Shown here: one piece after another, positions 20,987 through 32,737 of the stretch
Position numbering within the stretch: the first letter of the stretch is position 1
Layout: each line of letters starts with the position of its first letter
Assembly (NCBI GenBank): GCA_963845185.1
Contig: CAWJRG010000005.1
Coordinates: forward strand, 288,001-352,000
Source: an uncultured bacterium
GTDB lineage: Bacteria > Oederibacteriota > PGYV01 > CAWJRG01
Direction: 5' to 3'
Length of the DNA stretch: 64,000 nt
Notes under the pieces: generated by a model
What the model was told of the DNA's origin: nothing
Seen by the model: only the letters and a program-made list of their open reading frames with translations
The model's database searches: none
Program-made: the position numbers and the translations under genes

Positions 20987-23341
20987 TTATTTCTTTACTT
21001 TTTCCGCATGCTGAATCTGGTTATATAAATTTACAAGCTGCGGATCGTTGCCAAAGACCTGCATTGCCTCTCTTAAAGTGTTTAAAGCCTTGTACGGTTG
21101 TCCTAGTTTAATATATGTTTGGGCTATATCAGTATAATTTACGGCACTTTTATCTGATTCCGATGCTTTCTGAAAGTACTTTAATGCTTCTTCAAAATTA
21201 TTGATTTTAAAATTACATATCCCCATATTTTTATATACTTCAACCGCGGCGTAATTCTGTTCAAGTAAAAATCCGAATAAATCGAGTGCTTTTAAATACC
21301 TGCCCGAAGCCATAAATGCTGCAGCCTGTCCGGATAGCGCTTTAAATTGTGAATAAGTATTTATTTCATCTATCTGATTTACATATTGTTGAAGCATGGC
21401 CTTATTATCACTGCCGTATTGTATTGCTTTTTCAAACATTTCTTTAGCCATAGGCCATAATCTTTCATTAAAATAAATTCCGCCCAATACCTCATATGCC
21501 TTATAATAATTTTCCTTTGCTCTAAAAGTCTCTTTTAAATATTTTATCTGGTTATCTTCGTCACTGATCGCTTTATAAGCCAAAAATAAATCATAATAAG
21601 TATAAGCCTTTGCTGAATTCCAGGGAAATAACAATGCGTATTTATAAGTTTCTATTGCTTCCTTGTATCTTTTTTCATCAAAAAAATCATATGCTTGATT
21701 TGTTAATTGTGCGCTGTACAGCGATATAAGAGCTTTGTCATAATCATCTTTGGCCGCGAATATCCCCCTGAATGCATAATTTTTAAATATCCCCGCCGGA
21801 ATGTGTTCGTTTTCGGCCGCAACCCTAAGCAACAGGCCTTTTGATTTTAGTTTAAAATTACCAATGTGATTTTTCATTTTTCCGGGAAAACCCTGTGAAA
21901 AATAAATGTTTTTTTCAGGAAAATACTTTCCGGTTATATTGCCTATATTGTCCATTACATTTAAATAACCCTGCTTAAGGGTAATTTGCCCGTATTTTTT
22001 TACAATGCTGTTGATTCCCCATTCATGTGAAAGATTATATATTGTCAGAATATTGATGTTGTCCGCTTTATGTTGCACTATCTGCCTGTAGCTGGCCGGC
22101 AGTGCATAATTGTCCCCGTAAGGTATGTAAAAACTCCCTGGTTCCATAGTCGCGGCCACATTATTTTCAAAATCGTAGGAAAGGTAATTAACGCTGCTAT
22201 TATTTATACTGAAATTCAAAAAACCGGCACATAATAAAATTACGATTGAAAGAGAGTAAAACGTATTTTTTAAAAATATCGCTTTTGCGTTTTTTGACAA
22301 TAAATGCATTCCGTTAATTAAAAAAATAAACAGTATATAGATGCTCGGCATTAGGAAGGTTCCCGTTGCCCATTTATATATTTCACCCAAACGCAAAGAA
22401 AATACAACTATGAATAAATTGGTTAAAAGCATACTGAGATAAAAAAATAGAATTTCCTTTTTCCTGCGCCAAAGCTCATAAATACCCAAAATTATGAATA
22501 TCCAGAATACATAAAAATCTTTTAGTAATAAAGTAATAATTTCTTCTATTTGATAATTATTAATGTCTAAATTTGGCAAAGTTTTATGTTCATAACCTGA
22601 TAAAAAAATTAGCCGGAGGAAATCGCCGATATTATCAGGCCTGTCAATAAAAACAAAAATATTCTCATTTTGTATTCTTAAAGGCAAAAAAGCGTATACG
22701 CTTAATCCCAATAATAATAATATTAAGGATATTATGAGATTTTTTACGGCTAATTTTTCCCGGTATTTATAAAAAATATATCCCAGGGCCGGAAAAAAAA
22801 TCAGCATACTCGGCCAATGGTTTGTCAATGAAAGTCCAAAAATATAAATTAACAGGTAAAAACGCCCGGTATTAAATGTGTAAAACAAATTAAAACTTAG
22901 GTATATTAATGCCGATAAAAACAATAAATTCAGTATGTATATCCCGCCTTTTGCCTCAATAGTTTGATTCCAAAACAAAAAGGAAAAAGCCATGACAAAA
23001 ACCCCAAAACAATTTATGATTTTGTTATTGTCGTTAAAAATAAAATAGATATTTTTTTTGATTATGAAATAAAAAAGCAGCAGGGCCATCAGGCCGAGAA
23101 ATATTGCAAATAAGTTTATTCTGAAAGCAGGCGAACCAACCGGCAATAAACTAAATATTTTAGCCGCCATTGTAAAAAGCGGGTATCCCGGAGGGTGGCT
23201 TATTCCGAGGGTATATGCAGATGTTATTGTTTCAGGCGAGTCGTCATTTTTAAATGTCGGAAATGTAGTATATAGATATATTTGAAATATCCCGGCTAAA
23301 GAAACTATTAGTATTATAATTTCTTTGTATTTTTTAATCAT
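20987..23341 (-). CDS. DUF2723 (TMEM260-like) GT-C glycosyltransferase with C-terminal TPRs, paralog
   Basis: Same motifs as 18314..20650. ATG 23341 (MIKKYKEII) aligns with MPKKYKDII of the paralog. Confidence 0.85.
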   Translation of the reverse strand: MIKKYKEIIILIVSLAGIFQIYLYTTFPTFKNDDSPETITSAYTLGISHPPGYPLFTMAAKIFSLLPVGSPAFRINLFAIFLGLMALLLFYFIIKKNIYFIFNDNNKIINCFGVFVMAFSFLFWNQTIEAKGGIYILNLLFLSALIYLSFNLFYTFNTGRFYLLIYIFGLSLTNHWPSMLIFFPALGYIFYKYREKLAVKNLIISLILLLLGLSVYAFLPLRIQNENIFVFIDRPDNIGDFLRLIFLSGYEHKTLPNLDINNYQIEEIITLLLKDFYVFWIFIILGIYELWRRKKEILFFYLSMLLTNLFIVVFSLRLGEIYKWATGTFLMPSIYILFIFLINGMHLLSKNAKAIFLKNTFYSLSIVILLCAGFLNFSINNSSVNYLSYDFENNVAATMEPGSFYIPYGDNYALPASYRQIVQHKADNINILTIYNLSHEWGINSIVKKYGQITLKQGYLNVMDNIGNITGKYFPEKNIYFSQGFPGKMKNHIGNFKLKSKGLLLRVAAENEHIPAGIFKNYAFRGIFAAKDDYDKALISLYSAQLTNQAYDFFDEKRYKEAIETYKYALLFPWNSAKAYTYYDLFLAYKAISDEDNQIKYLKETFRAKENYYKAYEVLGGIYFNERLWPMAKEMFEKAIQYGSDNKAMLQQYVNQIDEINTYSQFKALSGQAAAFMASGRYLKALDLFGFLLEQNYAAVEVYKNMGICNFKINNFEEALKYFQKASESDKSAVNYTDIAQTYIKLGQPYKALNTLREAMQVFGNDPQLVNLYNQIQHAEKVKK

Positions 23342-23355
23342 TTTCACCCTTTTAT

Positions 23356-23514
23356 GACAGCGTTTGTTTTATCAAGCCGTCATTATGGCAGTCAAATAGT
23401 CCTATGGACTATTTGACGGGTAGTTTCCATAAGCTATCATATAAAAACTACCCGACAAAACATTACGCTGTCTTATACCCGCTCAAGTCCGGATTCTATC
23501 CGGACAAGCGGTAT
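23356..23514 (-). ncRNA. Structured 5'-leader element, copy A (long form)
   Basis: P1 ATACC-GCTT-GTCCGGA/TCCGGAC-TTGAGCG-GGTAT; P2 GACAGCGT-AA-TGTTTTGTC...GATAAAACA-A-ACGCTGTC, just before the RBS. Confidence 0.65.
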
Positions 23515-23715
23515 TAATTCATTTAAATTGTTCGTGTTCGCTGCACCCCATCAATTTAACATCAAATAATGTTTTTTTCATTAAAAATTCATGGGATTAT
23601 TTGCTGCTGTTCTTACCCTTTTTACAAATACACGCCAGCCATCTCCGCAAAGTAACCTTTGGCTGCGGCTACCGGATGTCGTGTTTCTGCCTTATAACTG
23701 CCTGCCTGCACAACT

Positions 23716-23743
23716 AAAAAAGGCGGCTTTCGCCGCCTTTTTT
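23716..23743 (-). terminator. Intrinsic terminator after paralog 4
   Basis: AAAAAAGGCGGC-tttc-GCCGCCTTTTTT. Confidence 0.8.
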
Positions 23744-23775
23744 AGTGAAACTTTTACTTATTCGCTATCCCTTTA

Positions 23776-26700
23776 TCACTGCCCCGCTTGAATCACCGCG
23801 GACAGCTTCACTATTTTGGTCTTTTTGTTGCCCATATTATCCACGCCCTGCACGACGCATATATACGTTCCGCTCGATACTGTCTCTCCGCCTACGCTCT
23901 TAAAATCCCATGTTATGCTGGCAGCTGCAAGGTCGCCTATCAGTGTCCTTACCAGTTCACCTGCTATGTTGTATATTTTTATCTTTATTACGCCGCCAGC
24001 GTTTGGTTGCCATGTGAATTTAACAGGCGTTGACGTGTCGCCTATATACGGGTTGGGCAGCATTTTTATGGTCCCTAGCATGTCGGTGTTTCCTTCGTTC
24101 AATAAGGTGACCGCCTTGCTTATCCTTGAAGTTAAGCCCTGGTTTGTCTTTACCACAATCTGTATCTCATAAACCCCGCTCTGCACATAGTCTCCCAGCG
24201 AATTTTGCCCGTTCCATGTCAGCGGAGGATTTGCAGAATCATAATTAATTACTATCGGCGGCGCCCCCTTGCCTACCGGGAATACGTCGTTGCTGCCGTT
24301 AACGTTGCTCAGGTTGAGCGATACCTGGCTTGTGCCGTTATACGGTCCTGATATTGTCTGCACAAGCTCTCCCGCGCTGTTGAATATATTTACCTGCACA
24401 TACTGGGTCTCGCTGATAGTTGTTATCTGCTTTATTATTATATTGGTATGCCCGTACTGGTCTGTTGTAGTTTCCTTTATGTAATATACCCCGTCTGCCA
24501 CGGTCTGGCCCGCGCTGGTTGTCCCGTCCCACGAATACTGCGCGTATCCGTTTTTCTGCTGGTCAGGAGTCTCAAGTCCCGGAACCTTTATCGTAAGCAG
24601 CGTGCCTGAGCCGGGCGACATTACCCCTGTCGGGGTGTTGTTCAGGAGCAACTGCACATCCTGCGCTTCCTGCGACGTAGTAGTATTTACTATGGTTTTT
24701 ACAAGCTCTCCAGCCTCATTATATACGCTTATATTCATAACATACGGGAAAGGAACAGGCGTTATTGTTATTGTGGGCGACTGCGTACCGGTTTCCGTAA
24801 ATGTTATTGACGGAGTCATGGTGCTTGTCTGAGAGAATGTTACTGTAAGCGTATTTGTGTATGACACGGTTACGGTATATGTCGCTGTCGCGGATGCGGA
24901 AGCAGTCGAGGTCAATGTGCGCGTCAGCGTGTATGTGTATGTCGGCGTACTTGTTACTGTATAAGTGCGAGTGTCTGTGACCGTGTATGTAGGCGACAGC
25001 GTGTCTGTTACTGTCGGAGTCGGCGTCAGTGTCATTGTATCTGTCAATGTCGGAGTGTCGGTAACCGTGCATGTAGGCGTATCTGTATTGGTAATTGTGC
25101 GGGTCGATGTAAGCGTCAATGTCTCGGTGAATGTCGGCGTATTCGTGTAAGTGTATGTCGGCGACAGCGTATTGGTCACGGTCGGTGAGTCTGTTTGTGT
25201 GCTTGTTTCGGTAAATGTCGCGGTATCTGTGCGCGTGGGTGTAGATGTCATTGTATCGGTTTCTGTCGGTGTCACTGTCCATGTGTCTGACGGCGTTATT
25301 GTGTTTGACTGTGTTACCGTGTCCGTAAAAGTGCTTGTCACCGTGAATGTCGGCGTGCATGTAGCCGTATCGCTCGGCGACAATGTGTCCGTCACTGTCG
25401 GCGTGTTTGTAAATGTACTTGTCTCCGTGAATGTGGGTGTATATGTCTTAGTATTTGTAAGCGTGCTGGTTTCAGTTGACGTAGATGTAAATGTAGCTAT
25501 GAAAGGCGTACCAGTCACTGTGGGCGTGTCTGTCTGCGTAAATGTCGGTGTCCACGTAGACGTGTTTGTCGGCGTGCCTGTGGGCGTAAATGTCGGTGTC
25601 CACGTAGACGTGTTCGTCGGGGTTCCCGTGGGCGTAAACGTAGGAGAAGCTGTGACCGTGTCCGTCTGCGTATATGTCGATGTATACGTCCTGGTTGCCG
25701 TCAATGTCGGCGTTATTGTGGCCGAGAATATTATCTGTGTGAATGTCATTGTTATCGTGTATGTCAGCGTCAGCGTGCTTGTGTACGTGCTTGTCTGCGT
25801 GTATGTGGGAGACGGCGAAGTTGTGTCTGTATATGTTGCTGTTGCCGTCGGCGTAGGCGTCAGCGTGCTTGTCAGCGTTAATGTATATGTCGACGTATAA
25901 GTCCTGGTTATGGTGTATGTCGGCGTGAATGTTGCGGACAGTATAACAACCGTGAATGTCATTGTTATGGTGTATGTCTGCGTTATGGTGCTCGTTACCG
26001 TCTGTGTAATCGTGTATGTAGCTGTATTTGTGGATGTATATGTCATTGTCTGCGTATATGTGGGAGTCGGCGATGTCGTGTCTGTGTATGTCGATGTTGC
26101 CGTCGGCGTAGGCGTCTGCGTACTTGTCAGTGTTAATGTATATGTAGACGTATAAGTCCTGGTTATGGTGTATGTCGGCGTGAATGTTGCGGACAGTATA
26201 ACAACCGTGAATGTCATTGTTATGGTGTATGTCTGCGTTATGGTGCTCGTTACCGTCTGTGTAATCGTGTATGTGGCTGTATTTGTGGACGTATATGTGA
26301 CTGTCTGCGTGTATGTGGGAGTCGGCGATGCTGTATTTGTGTATGTCGGCGTCGCAGTAGGTGTAGATGTTTTTGTATCAGTCGGTGTTATTGTATAAGT
26401 CGAGGTTAGCGTAGGCGTTGCCGTGAATGTCGGAGTAATGGTGGCCGAGAATATTATTGTCGTGAATGTCATTGTTATGGTATATGTCGGCGTTATCGTG
26501 GCTGTCACTGTCGGCGTCACTGTCATTGTGTCTGTATATGTGGATGTATATGTCACAGTACGCGTATAAGTGGGCGTCGGCGATGCTGTATCTGTGTATG
26601 TAGGCGTTGCCGTCGGCGTATACGTCAGAGTGTACGTCAGCGTTATTGTATCTGTTGGAGTATCTGTCCTGGTTATAGTATATGTAGGCGTAAATGTAGC

Positions 26701-29700
26701 CGATAATATCACAATAGTGAATGTCATTGTTATCGTATATGTTGGCGTTATTGTAGATGTGTCAGTAGGCGTCACTGTAACAGTATTCGTGTACGTGGAT
26801 GTGTATGTCACCGTGCGCGTGTATGTTGGAGTCGGCGATGCCGTATTTGTATATGTCGGTGTCGCCGTAGGCGTGTCGGTCAGCGTGAATGTGGGCGTGA
26901 ATGTCCTGGTAAATGTCACTGACACCGTGATTGTAAGGGTTGAAGTGAAAGTCGGCGTCGCTGTTACAGTATCGGTGAATGTGGATGTATATGTAACTGT
27001 CTGAGTGTAAGTAGGGGTTGGCGATGCTGTAATTGTATATGTAGGAGTATTCGTAGGCGTCGATGTTTTTGTATCCGTCAATGTCACGGTATATGTAGGG
27101 GTATTTGTAGGTGTTATAGTAAATGTCGGCGTATATGTCGCGGACAGTATCACAATCGTGAATGTCATTGTTATCGTGTATGTAGGCGTTATTGTGGGCG
27201 TTGCTGTAGGTGTATAAGTCTTTGTGTCCGTGTTTGTGTATGTATATGTCACTGTATTAGTGTACGTGGGCGTCGGCGATGCCGTGTTTGTAAATGTAGG
27301 TGTAGCCGTAGGCGTATAAGTCAGCGTGAATGTAGGCGTATATGTCTTTGTAAAAGTCACTGACACTGTGATTGTCACCGTATCAGTGTACGTCGGCGTC
27401 GCTGTAACTGTAATAGTGTATGTGTATGTATATGTCACTGTCTGCGTGTATGTGGGCGTAGGCGATGCTGTATTTGTAAATGTCGGCGTATTTGTCGGCG
27501 TATAAGTCCGGGTGAATGTCGGCGTAAATGTATATGTATATGTCGGCGAAAGCGTGTTTGTGAATGTCGGCGTAGGTGTTGCCGTATTCGTAGATGTGTA
27601 TGTCGGCGTATATGTCCTGGTAAATGTCACGGTATTTGTATATGTCGATGTCAAAGTCACTGTAATAGTGTATGTGTATGTATATGTCACGGTCTGCGTG
27701 TATGTGGGCGTCGGTGTTGTAGTGTTTGTGAATGTAAGCGTCGCCGTGGGCGTATCAGTCAGTGTATAAGTAGGCGTATAAGTCCTGGTATATGTAACGG
27801 ACACTGTAATTGTAACGGTATAAGTGTATGTCGGCGTAGGGGTTATGGTTATAGTATCCGTGTATGTGTATGTAACTGTGCGCGTGTATGTCGGCGTAGG
27901 CGTAGTTGTGTCTGTAAACGTAGACGTCGGCGTAGGCGTGTCGGTAAGCGTGTATGTAGGCGTATCTGTCTTGCTGACTGTCTGGGTCACTGTATTTGTC
28001 ACGGTCAGAGTATAAGTCGGCGTCGGAGTAACTGTAATAGTGTCTGTGAATGTATATGTAACTGTCACCGTGTACGTATATGTCGGCGTATATGTCTTTG
28101 TATATGTAGGCGTAGGCGTGAATGTAAATGTAGGCGTGCTTGTATCTGTGTATGTCGGCGACAGCGTGTTTGTAAGTGTATATGTGTATGTCGGTGTGTC
28201 ACTCCTGGTGTATGTCGGAGTGGGCGTCATTGTGTATGTCGGCGACAGAGTGTTTGTGAGTGTGGGAGTCGAAGTATATGTAACTGTTTTCGTAAATGTG
28301 TATGTCGGTGTTATTGTGAAAGTCGGCGACGAGCACTGGTCTGACAGAAGCACCGTGGATACAGGCGATGGCAGGCCGTTCCATCCGAGCGAAACGTTAT
28401 TGTGCCAGTTGCATGTGTTGTTTGACTGGGCATTGTCAAGGGCCATTACCCACGTAAAGCATCCAGTAAACCCTGTGGGTGTCGGCACCAACACAAATGT
28501 GGTCCAATATTGGCTCGGGGAGCCAACGCTGGCTGTCAGGGAATATATACCATTGCCTGCCGGTTGTATGTTATACGGGGTATTATACTGCCACTGGTCT
28601 CCCGGAGAGCTCGACCAGTCGTCATAAACAGTAAAATTCTGCATTATCGCGCCGCTGTTGTTGCATACCACAATGGTAAATGACAGCTGGTCTGTTTTTA
28701 CTATATTTGTGGTTTTGCTGGATGTTTTGGATATTGTAAATGCAGGAGTGGATGTTGGCGTGACCGTGGGTGTCGGCGATATGCAATTTACGTTAAATAC
28801 AACCGGGTTTGAGTATACTGTCGCAGGACCGCCTGCCCCCGTGCCTGATATGCCTGCCGTGTTTGTAAAGCTCTGGTTGCAGGCTGATGTCGATGCCCAC
28901 CACGTATATGACCCGCTCTGGTCGCTGATATTGCCGAGGCTCCAGTTTAACATACTGCCTGACAATGTCCCGGCCGGGTTTGAACTCTGGTATGTCAATC
29001 CAGTGGGTATTGTGTCAAACAATACAGTGTTTGCCGAAACCCTGGTGTTGTAAGTCATAAAATTATTGTATGAATCCTGCGTTGTGCCGTCCTGGTCATT
29101 TCCCTGCTCGCCCACGCCCGGCCTCCAGTCAGAGTTTGTTCCGCCGTGGTCAGGGCATTCCCAGTTTGTATTTGACTGGTCAGCGGCAGGCGCGGTCCAA
29201 TTTAGCTGAAATGCTGTTGGCTCTGCTGTGCCCACCTGCCATATCTTTGCCGCAAAAGTAAATCCGTTTCCGCTTATTTGTATTTTTACCCTGTACCATG
29301 TATTGCCTGTTATTACAAGTGTTGCAGGGTCAACATAAGTTGGCCATGAGCATGTCCCGCCTCCGCATTCCTGTACTCCCACATACCCGCCCGCAGGCGC
29401 TGTATCAATCGACAGCAGCAAAGAATATGCGTAACCGGCGTTTCCTGTCAGCCCGTTGCTTCGCATTACTATTAAGGCGTCAGATCCGGAATAAGAGCCC
29501 GGATTTATCATTACATCTGATTCTATGATTCCTGAGTCGCACATTTGTGCGTTTGCCTCGTTGGCAGGGTCGTCTAAAAGCAAGTCAGGATAAACCGATG
29601 TCCCGGTTACGCTGCCTGTCATTATCCTGTCTCCTGTGTTACAGGCGTCGCTTATTGTCCAAGTGCCGTTCTGGTTGTTTTGCGGCAGGAACTTCCATCC

Positions 29701-30831
29701 GCTCGGAGCAGTAGTGCTTGATGACCCGTTTGCATCGTCGTCAAACATCCTTATTTCCTTAAGCACGTCTCCGTTTATCTGATAATTAAGGTAATATGTT
29801 ATTGTCACTGACGCGCTCGGCAGTTTCAGGAATGAATTAATGCTTTCTGATTTTTGCAGGGACAGGGCAACTGTGCCCACTGTGAGGTTCGCCGTGGAGT
29901 TGGATGTTGCCGAACCGTTTGTACCTGTGACAGTGTTCGTTATAACTGTGCCTGTTGCTATTGCGCATGTCATCTGCAGCAGGATCCAGACCGTACCTGA
30001 CTTGGTGTAGGTCGTGCTCGGCATAGTCCATGACACTGTGCCTGAAGTTGAGCCAAGCGCAGGTGCGGTTACCGAACCCGTGCTTGGCGCTGGGTTCGGG
30101 CCGTAATCAACAAGCGCGAGGCAACCTCCACCGGGTATCGGGTCTGTTATTGTGGCAGCGCCGTTGCCGTATGTGTAATCAACAGAATAAAGGACTTTGT
30201 CTCCTACAAGCGCGAGCGTGCCCTGCACATTCTTATGCACGGTTACTGACTGCGCCGGCGTCGGAAGAGACCAGTTTAAGGAAGTAATATCGCATGCTGC
30301 CATGCCCTGGCCCCAGTTCTGCATATTATTATTTTCATAAGCAGCATAAAGGTATAAGGTTGATGCACCGCACCCGGATGCTCCCATATCAGTAGCCTGC
30401 GGCATTGTAAGCGTATACTGGACTGATACCGTTTCACCGCTTGTCGAGCCGCCGCATTCTGTGCAGTTCGGCGTAAAAGGGCTTGGAATGGAAACAGGCA
30501 GGCCCATCTGGCAGTTGTTCGGGCAAGGGTTCGCAGAATGCACATCGACGCCAAGCACGCTTACCAGGAATACCTGGCCGCCTGTGTTTTCAACCTGCGG
30601 CGTATTATGCGTGCTTACAGCTATGGCAAAGTCTCCGGCATTATACTGGTCAACGCAGTATGTGGCATAAACATTGAACTGCTGTCCCCATCCGGGGTTT
30701 GTGGGATTCATGGTCAATGAAACCATTCCGTCGGCTTTTATTATGGAAGGAATCAATAGAATTGATAAAATTATAAGGCACAAAGTGCCGCTTTTGAATG
30801 CTTTAGGCGTTTTACTCAATAACTTTTTCAT
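23776..30831 (-). CDS. Giant Thr-X-repeat secreted surface protein, paralog 4 (type A, about 2351 aa)
   Basis: Start moved to ATG 30831 ([13 protein letters not shown], aligning with [13 protein letters not shown] of paralog 2; AGGCGG upstream); same architecture as the other paralogs. Confidence 0.92.
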   Translation of the reverse strand: MKKLLSKTPKAFKSGTLCLIILSILLIPSIIKADGMVSLTMNPTNPGWGQQFNVYATYCVDQYNAGDFAIAVSTHNTPQVENTGGQVFLVSVLGVDVHSANPCPNNCQMGLPVSIPSPFTPNCTECGGSTSGETVSVQYTLTMPQATDMGASGCGASTLYLYAAYENNNMQNWGQGMAACDITSLNWSLPTPAQSVTVHKNVQGTLALVGDKVLYSVDYTYGNGAATITDPIPGGGCLALVDYGPNPAPSTGSVTAPALGSTSGTVSWTMPSTTYTKSGTVWILLQMTCAIATGTVITNTVTGTNGSATSNSTANLTVGTVALSLQKSESINSFLKLPSASVTITYYLNYQINGDVLKEIRMFDDDANGSSSTTAPSGWKFLPQNNQNGTWTISDACNTGDRIMTGSVTGTSVYPDLLLDDPANEANAQMCDSGIIESDVMINPGSYSGSDALIVMRSNGLTGNAGYAYSLLLSIDTAPAGGYVGVQECGGGTCSWPTYVDPATLVITGNTWYRVKIQISGNGFTFAAKIWQVGTAEPTAFQLNWTAPAADQSNTNWECPDHGGTNSDWRPGVGEQGNDQDGTTQDSYNNFMTYNTRVSANTVLFDTIPTGLTYQSSNPAGTLSGSMLNWSLGNISDQSGSYTWWASTSACNQSFTNTAGISGTGAGGPATVYSNPVVFNVNCISPTPTVTPTSTPAFTISKTSSKTTNIVKTDQLSFTIVVCNNSGAIMQNFTVYDDWSSSPGDQWQYNTPYNIQPAGNGIYSLTASVGSPSQYWTTFVLVPTPTGFTGCFTWVMALDNAQSNNTCNWHNNVSLGWNGLPSPVSTVLLSDQCSSPTFTITPTYTFTKTVTYTSTPTLTNTLSPTYTMTPTPTYTRSDTPTYTYTLTNTLSPTYTDTSTPTFTFTPTPTYTKTYTPTYTYTVTVTYTFTDTITVTPTPTYTLTVTNTVTQTVSKTDTPTYTLTDTPTPTSTFTDTTTPTPTYTRTVTYTYTDTITITPTPTYTYTVTITVSVTYTRTYTPTYTLTDTPTATLTFTNTTTPTPTYTQTVTYTYTYTITVTLTSTYTNTVTFTRTYTPTYTSTNTATPTPTFTNTLSPTYTYTFTPTFTRTYTPTNTPTFTNTASPTPTYTQTVTYTYTYTITVTATPTYTDTVTITVSVTFTKTYTPTFTLTYTPTATPTFTNTASPTPTYTNTVTYTYTNTDTKTYTPTATPTITPTYTITMTFTIVILSATYTPTFTITPTNTPTYTVTLTDTKTSTPTNTPTYTITASPTPTYTQTVTYTSTFTDTVTATPTFTSTLTITVSVTFTRTFTPTFTLTDTPTATPTYTNTASPTPTYTRTVTYTSTYTNTVTVTPTDTSTITPTYTITMTFTIVILSATFTPTYTITRTDTPTDTITLTYTLTYTPTATPTYTDTASPTPTYTRTVTYTSTYTDTMTVTPTVTATITPTYTITMTFTTIIFSATITPTFTATPTLTSTYTITPTDTKTSTPTATPTYTNTASPTPTYTQTVTYTSTNTATYTITQTVTSTITQTYTITMTFTVVILSATFTPTYTITRTYTSTYTLTLTSTQTPTPTATSTYTDTTSPTPTYTQTMTYTSTNTATYTITQTVTSTITQTYTITMTFTVVILSATFTPTYTITRTYTSTYTLTLTSTLTPTPTATATYTDTTSPSPTYTQTSTYTSTLTLTYTITMTFTQIIFSATITPTLTATRTYTSTYTQTDTVTASPTFTPTGTPTNTSTWTPTFTPTGTPTNTSTWTPTFTQTDTPTVTGTPFIATFTSTSTETSTLTNTKTYTPTFTETSTFTNTPTVTDTLSPSDTATCTPTFTVTSTFTDTVTQSNTITPSDTWTVTPTETDTMTSTPTRTDTATFTETSTQTDSPTVTNTLSPTYTYTNTPTFTETLTLTSTRTITNTDTPTCTVTDTPTLTDTMTLTPTPTVTDTLSPTYTVTDTRTYTVTSTPTYTYTLTRTLTSTASASATATYTVTVSYTNTLTVTFSQTSTMTPSITFTETGTQSPTITITPVPFPYVMNISVYNEAGELVKTIVNTTTSQEAQDVQLLLNNTPTGVMSPGSGTLLTIKVPGLETPDQQKNGYAQYSWDGTTSAGQTVADGVYYIKETTTDQYGHTNIIIKQITTISETQYVQVNIFNSAGELVQTISGPYNGTSQVSLNLSNVNGSNDVFPVGKGAPPIVINYDSANPPLTWNGQNSLGDYVQSGVYEIQIVVKTNQGLTSRISKAVTLLNEGNTDMLGTIKMLPNPYIGDTSTPVKFTWQPNAGGVIKIKIYNIAGELVRTLIGDLAAASITWDFKSVGGETVSSGTYICVVQGVDNMGNKKTKIVKLSAVIQAGQ
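25951..26740. repeat. 255-bp (85-aa) coding tandem repeat
   Basis: (c/a)gtgaatgtcattgttat occurs at 25951, 26206, 26461 and 26716. Confidence 0.8.
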
Positions 30832-30877
30832 CTTTAATCTCCGCCTTTTAAATCTCTTTTCCTTTGTTGACCTAATT

Positions 30878-30905
30878 TTAGACAACAATAACTGTCAAAA
30901 GTTTC
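30878..30905 (-). promoter_or_regulatory. ECF-sigma-type promoter GAAAC-N17-GTCTAA
   Basis: ttagac 30878-30883, 17 nt, gtttc 30901-30905. Confidence 0.75.
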
Positions 30906-30962
30906 GCTAAAAATCAAATAATCTGTTCTACCCACTAAAATTACTTTCTATTAAGTGTAGTA

Positions 30963-30991
30963 ATTATACATAAAATATTGATTTACGTCAA
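30963..30991 (-). promoter_or_regulatory. Sigma70-type promoter TTGACG-N17-TATAAT
   Basis: Homologous to 12076-12104. Confidence 0.65.
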
Positions 30992-31080
30992 GTTTTTTAT
31001 AGATAAAATGATATGAATTTGAAGAGGTTTTGTCTATACATGCGTAGAAACAGAATTTTGTTCCATTTTTGTGTAAATAA

Positions 31081-31109
31081 AAAGAGGCGGGCAAACAATC
31101 CCGCCTCTT
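31081..31109 (-). terminator. Intrinsic terminator after htrA
   Basis: AAGAGGCGGG...CCCGCCTCTT hairpin. Confidence 0.7.
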
Positions 31110-31153
31110 CTCTATATGATGATACTATAATATTTAGATTTCTTTACCGGCTT

Positions 31154-32539
31154 TTATTTCACCGTAAACGCCAGGTATATCATGGCATTGCCGCGTTCAA
31201 TCAGTACGACCACATCCCTGCCTCTTTCTGTTTTGCCCTTTGTTGCCTTTTCAAAATCATCCGTATTTTTTATTTCAACGCCGTTGATTTCATGTATGAC
31301 ATCGCCTTTCATTACTCCCGCCTCGTCCGCCACAGAATTATCCGCAACGTCTATAACAACAACGCCTATTTTTGCGGTAATGCCGTATTGCTGCGCTATG
31401 TCCGGAGTTATGTCATTTACCGTCATGCCGAAAGTTTCCGCCCCTTCTTTTTGCGCCGGCTGCTCCATTGCCTCGGTCCCCTCGGGTTTCTTTTCGCCGA
31501 CTTTGACTGAAATGTCTTTTTCATCGCCGTTCCTGACTATTTTTATTTTCGCCTCGGTTCCCACGTCTGTGTCTGCTATCATTCCCTGCAGTTCCCTGTA
31601 GGATGCGACTTTTTTTCCTTCATATTCTGTAATCACGTCGCCCCTTTTCAGGCCTGCCTTGTCCGCAGGGGTCCCTTTAAATACCTGCGCTATCAGGACT
31701 CCTTCTTTTACCTTGAAGTGTTTTGCCAGTTCAGGCGTAATTTCCTGTATACCCACGCCGAGCCATCCCCTTACAACCTTGCCTTGTTTTATGATGTCCG
31801 TGTAGATTTTTTTCGCCATGTTTACCGGTATTGCGAATCCCACGCCTTCATACCCGCCTGTGTTTGAGGCTATGGCGGAATTTATGCCGACGACTTCTCC
31901 GTTCAGGTTAATAAGCGGCCCGCCCGAGTTGCCCGGGTTAATGGCAGCGTCTGTCTGCAAAAAATTATCATACGGCCCTGCTCCTATTATCCTGCCTTTG
32001 GCGCTTATTATCCCGTGCGTCACGGTTTGCTCCAGGCCGAAAGGGCTGCCGACCGCCAGTACCCAGTCGCCGACGCTTAGCGCATCCGAATCCCCGAGAG
32101 GCAAAGCAATTAAATCCGGCGCTTCAATTTTAATTATGGCTACATCTGTTTCCTTGTCGGTCCCTATGACCTTTGCCTTGTATTCTTTTGTATTATAGAG
32201 TTTCACTGTTATCTCGTCAGCCTTTTCCACCACATGGTTGTTTGTGAGTATGTAACCCCTTTTGTCCACTATAAACCCGCTGCCGAGCGAAGTCCTTTTG
32301 AAAGAACCGTGCGGAACCCCGAAAAACCTCTCAAAAAAATCGTCGTTGAAAAAAGGGTCGTAATAAGGGTCCTGGCTTTGTTTTATCACCCTCACTGTCG
32401 AAATGTTCACGACAGCCGGCTTAACTTTTTCCGCGATTTCCGCGAAGCTCGCCGGTATGTACTTTACAGCGGCATTCGCATTCATGGCGAGCAGTATGCC
32501 CATTGCGGAAATTAAAAATAATTTGATTTTTGTTTTCAT
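31154..32539 (-). CDS. htrA: DegP/DegQ-family serine protease with two PDZ domains
   Basis: Signal peptide, SLGSGFI, TNNHVV, QTDAAINPGNSGGPL, two PDZ domains. Confidence 0.95.
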   Translation of the reverse strand: MKTKIKLFLISAMGILLAMNANAAVKYIPASFAEIAEKVKPAVVNISTVRVIKQSQDPYYDPFFNDDFFERFFGVPHGSFKRTSLGSGFIVDKRGYILTNNHVVEKADEITVKLYNTKEYKAKVIGTDKETDVAIIKIEAPDLIALPLGDSDALSVGDWVLAVGSPFGLEQTVTHGIISAKGRIIGAGPYDNFLQTDAAINPGNSGGPLINLNGEVVGINSAIASNTGGYEGVGFAIPVNMAKKIYTDIIKQGKVVRGWLGVGIQEITPELAKHFKVKEGVLIAQVFKGTPADKAGLKRGDVITEYEGKKVASYRELQGMIADTDVGTEAKIKIVRNGDEKDISVKVGEKKPEGTEAMEQPAQKEGAETFGMTVNDITPDIAQQYGITAKIGVVVIDVADNSVADEAGVMKGDVIHEINGVEIKNTDDFEKATKGKTERGRDVVVLIERGNAMIYLAFTVK

Positions 32540-32552
32540 GTTTGCCTCCTTA

Positions 32553-32652
32553 GCAAGAGTTTATTTTTGCAAGCCGTCAACAGGCGCAGCAAAAATATTA
32601 CTCTTGTTTACACCCGCTCCAGTCCGAGGCTATTGCCGAGGACAAGGGGTGT
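32553..32652 (-). ncRNA. Structured 5'-leader element, copy B (short form)
   Basis: ACACC..GTCC..GGAC-TGGAGCG-GGTGT, then ACAAGAGT-AA-TATTTTTGC..GCAAAAATA-A-ACTCTTGC, then TAAGGAGG and the htrA ATG. Confidence 0.7.
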
Positions 32653-32683
32653 TAGCATCTTTGCAGTGATTTATTTCATATTA

Positions 32684-32712
32684 TTAGACGTCTTTGATAT
32701 ATCAAATGTTTC
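32684..32712 (-). promoter_or_regulatory. ECF-sigma-type promoter variant GAAAC-N18-GTCTAA upstream of htrA
   Basis: TGAAAC...CGTCTAA; spacer is 1 nt longer than in the other copies. Confidence 0.55.
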
Positions 32713-32737
32713 ATACTTTATTAAAAAGCCCCCAGGC

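Noticed and set aside
600..28300. Regularly spaced 20-30-bp repeats that might suggest a CRISPR array
   Set aside because: The spacing is 219-255 bp, the intervening sequences are homologous and in-frame coding, and no cas genes are present.
13..28627. Many long Val-rich plus-strand ORFs (e.g. 13..1470, 6929..7759, 8616..9416)
   Set aside because: They are antisense shadows of the Thr-X codon repeats: reverse-complemented ACN codons give GTN (Val) at every second codon with few stops.
1..30831. Diversity-generating retroelement or shufflon acting on the paralogs
   Set aside because: No reverse transcriptase or site-specific invertase is in the window, I saw no adenine-specific variation, and all copies are direct.
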